From assembly GCF_001194135.2 (NCBI RefSeq), contig NC_069006.1, positions 25,906,223-25,970,222 of the forward strand: a stretch of DNA of 64,000 bases, in the 5' to 3' direction. The stretch is from Octopus bimaculoides (lineage: Eukaryota). The position numbers and the translations under genes are program-made. Below are positions 61,349-64,000 of this stretch, piece by piece. The stretch's first letter is position 1, and every line of letters begins with the position of its first letter. A model generated the notes under the pieces. It saw only the letters and a list, made by a program, of their open reading frames with translations, was not told the DNA's origin and did no database searches.

Positions 61349-61525
61349 GAGGCACAAGGCCATTAATTTTAAGGGGGTTGGATCCATTAATTTTAAGGGG
61401 GTTGGGGGAGGGCATTAATTTGAAGGGGTGGGTTATCATTGACTCCAGGATGGTGAAGTGGGAATGAGTGAGATTTGAACTCAGAATGTAAAGAAGGCAG
61501 ATGAAATACCACAAGGCATATTTTA
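61349..61525 (-). mobile_element. Diverged SINE family D with a local triplication
   Basis: GGCACAAGGC, then CATTAATTT(T)AAGGGG.TG x3 (61361-61432), then GAGATTTGAACTCAGAATGTAAAG...GAAATACC. Confidence 0.65.
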
Positions 61526-61908
61526 TGATGCTCCGTCGATCGTGTGTACTTGACTAGATAGCAACGAGATTAGCAATAATAAAAATATTAGTAAATAATG
61601 ACAATATTAGCAAGAATGATAATGAAAACATAATCTATATCTTGAAACCACAAATAACAACAACAGAAACAATAACTTTTTGAAAGGTTCAGGAAAATAA
61701 TTGCAGCAACAGCAAAACATAAATAATCACCAATAATGGTTTGATTATTGTCAATATTGTGATAAAAGAAAACATTATTTACACCATTATGAAAATCAGA
61801 ATAAAATCACAAGGATTGATCAACTGAAAGATATTAAAACACTTTGGAGAAACTCTTTGGGGTTTTTTCAAAGATGTTTGTAAAATGAAATTGCTGGAAT
61901 ATCTTCCC

Positions 61909-62045
61909 TTTCCTCCTCCTCCTCCACTTCTTCTTCTTTTTCTTCTTCTTCTTCTTCTTCTTCTTCTTCTTCTTCTTCTTCTTCTTCTTCTTCTTCTTCT
62001 TCTCCTTCTCCTCTTCATCCTTCTCCTCCTCCTCCTCCTCCTCCT
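61909..62045. repeat. Pure polypyrimidine (CCT)n/(TTC)n tract
   Basis: Direct inspection; about 20 near-uninterrupted TTC units flanked by CCT runs. Confidence 0.95.
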
Positions 62046-62821
62046 CACATAGCATCCTAACACAAGCCCACAACCAAAACAACTCTTCCATCCCCCCCCC
62101 CCTGATGGAATATTCCCAGCCATTGATTCACTTTCTCCTTTTCTAATAATTCCTTCCTAATCATGCCACAACTTACCATTTCTGAGGAGTGGGTCATGCT
62201 CTCACTTCAAAAAAAATTCATTACTTCTACACCCAGTCACTGATCTTGTTCCTTATTGGTTTCCATAGTTTGCAAATCTCCTCCATATACGAAGTAGTGT
62301 TGTGATAAAAGCAACATTGTTCTTAATACCAACAAAAGACAGGGTTTGAATATTATGGAAGATCGTAATAATGGGTTAAAAGTTTACCGTTGTTTGAAGA
62401 ATGAATAGGGGGTGGATAGGTGGTGAGGTGGAGGTGTTAATGATGATGATGATGATGATGATAATGATACTAAACCTGTTCTCTTGGTGTGATTGCATAT
62501 TGTTGTTTATTTGTGTGTTGCCTCAGTAATTACCACTGAAAACGAACAATAAAGATGACAACAATGAGTTTTCTCTTGATGACGACAACGATGATGATGA
62601 TGATGGTGATGGTGATGACAATGACGTTGATAGCAAACGAAAAGACTGTTCGAAATGGTAGTGTCATCACTGTATTCTAATTGAATTTGTTCTATAAACA
62701 AAGCATTTCCAATTTAGTTCTGTTAAATGGTTGATTCATTCTTTGAGAATTACCTCTGTTTCAGTCTGTTTCCATTTAGAAGTTAATTTCCGATGAAAAG
62801 AAGGTCGTGATCAACACCACC

Positions 62822-62866
<45 letters not shown>

Positions 62867-63451
62867 TGGAATGTCTGATTTGCTTATGCTCCTATGTCCT
62901 ACATCTCACTTGTATTTACAACAAATGGTTTCTCTTGCAGTTTCAGTCTTTCAAATCACCTTCTTCAATAGTCTCTCTCTCCTTTTCTCTCTCTCTCTCG
63001 ACTCCATTAACTCTTTTCCAATTGTCTCCCTTGACCTACCTCTCCTCTCATAAAACTCCCATCTTCCCATTTGCATTCATTATAACATTCACCACAATTC
63101 ATAATTCCTCTCTCTCCTATTATCCACTAACAGTCTCACATCAAAGCGCCAATCTATTACGTTGGACGACAATATTTTGTAGCCTTAATTGCTGAGATCC
63201 AGAGTTCAAATTCATTTCAAAGAATCTCTCATTTCCCATTGTCTGTTCCATTCTATTCCTACAGACTGTCTGAACCATATTACTTCTGGTGCTCCAAAGG
63301 GCATTTCATTCTTCTCAATAATCTCTTAATGTTCTTCATATGGCATCGATTGCCTGCTACTCTTCTTGCCGTTTCACTGTTTTGCTTTTCATCCATCTCA
63401 TCCATTCCTTGCCATAATCTCCGACATCAACATCTCTCCATGTTTTATCTT

Positions 63452-63837
63452 TTATTTGTTGCAATCATTACACTGTGGCCATGCTGGGGCGCTGCTTTGA
63501 AGAATTTTTTTGTCAAATGAATCGGCCTCCCAGGAATTATCCGAAACCCAGTACTTATTCTATTGGTTCTCTTTTGTAGAACCACTAAATTACAGGGATG
63601 TAAACACACCAACACTGGCTGTCAAGTGGTGGCGGGAGACAAACACATACATAAAGACACACACACATACATACGATGGGCTTCTTTCAGTTTCCGTCTA
63701 CCAAATCCACTCACAAGGCTTTGGTCAGTTTGTGGCTTTAGTAGAAGACACTTGCCCAAGGTGTCATGCAGTGGGACTGAACCGAGAACCATTTGGTTCA
63801 GAAGCAAGCTCCTTACCACACAGCCACGTCTACACCT
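63452..63837 (-). mobile_element. SINE family A, full length
   Basis: From TGTGGCCATGCTGGGGC (tail) to CTTACCACACAGCCAC (head). Confidence 0.9.
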
Positions 63838-64000
63838 ATCTTTCCATATTTTACTGGTCTCATCTTTGAGCCATACTTATCTGTTCAAAAAAGAAAGATA
63901 CCCATAAAAAGATAACAACCTTGATGTACAGGATGTAACCTGTAGAATTTCTTGAAATTCACCAATGGGCGAAAGCTACGCAAAACTATATCCTTATAAG

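Noticed and set aside
62527-62661. Acidic exon-like frame (NNKDDNNEFSLDDDNDDD...SKRKDCSKW)
   Set aside because: Built on a GAT microsatellite; in-frame TAA immediately after the only acceptor.
553-63907. The great majority of ORFs in the supplied track (poly-VC, YI, HT, T/H/P runs, X runs)
   Set aside because: They are translations of (CA)n, (TA)n, (CAC)n, (AAT)n microsatellites, SINEs or N-gaps; no domain signal and no splice support.

Overview
Eukaryotic, AT-rich, microsatellite-saturated DNA with about 25 N-gaps (roughly 7.3 kb by manual count), typical of a short-read draft assembly. The tRNA-derived SINE families and the R4/RTE/CR1 LINE, mariner and piggyBac relics are most consistent with an octopod cephalopod (inference, not verified). 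Nearly all ORFs in the supplied track are translations of simple repeats or gaps. The window appears to be almost entirely intronic to one large + strand gene encoding a LIM-domain protein. Exon 1349-1631 encodes LIM zinc finger 1 plus one ligand of finger 2 (CSLC-x16-HKACFKCTR). After a 33,636-nt intron, a 33-nt symmetric microexon at 35268-35300 continues it exactly (CDAPLTLRSY). Two further ATG-initiated mini-exons (9896-9978, 47254-47375) end in perfect G|GTAAGT donors in the same phase 2, the second downstream of a CpG-rich promoter-like region. This suggests a series of alternative N-termini that keep, halve or drop the LIM domain, which is the most interesting signal here; it is a prediction needing RNA evidence. 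The rest of the LIM domain was not found (it may be in a gap or beyond 64 kb). Secondary signals are many inverted SINE/MITE pairs (potential dsRNA/ADAR substrates), two reciprocal SINE chimeras that switch at the B box, and a Penelope-like terminus with a broken hammerhead-like core. No tRNA/rRNA genes, CRISPR arrays or prokaryote-type systems are supported. SINE family letters (A, B, C, D, G, H) are my own working labels.
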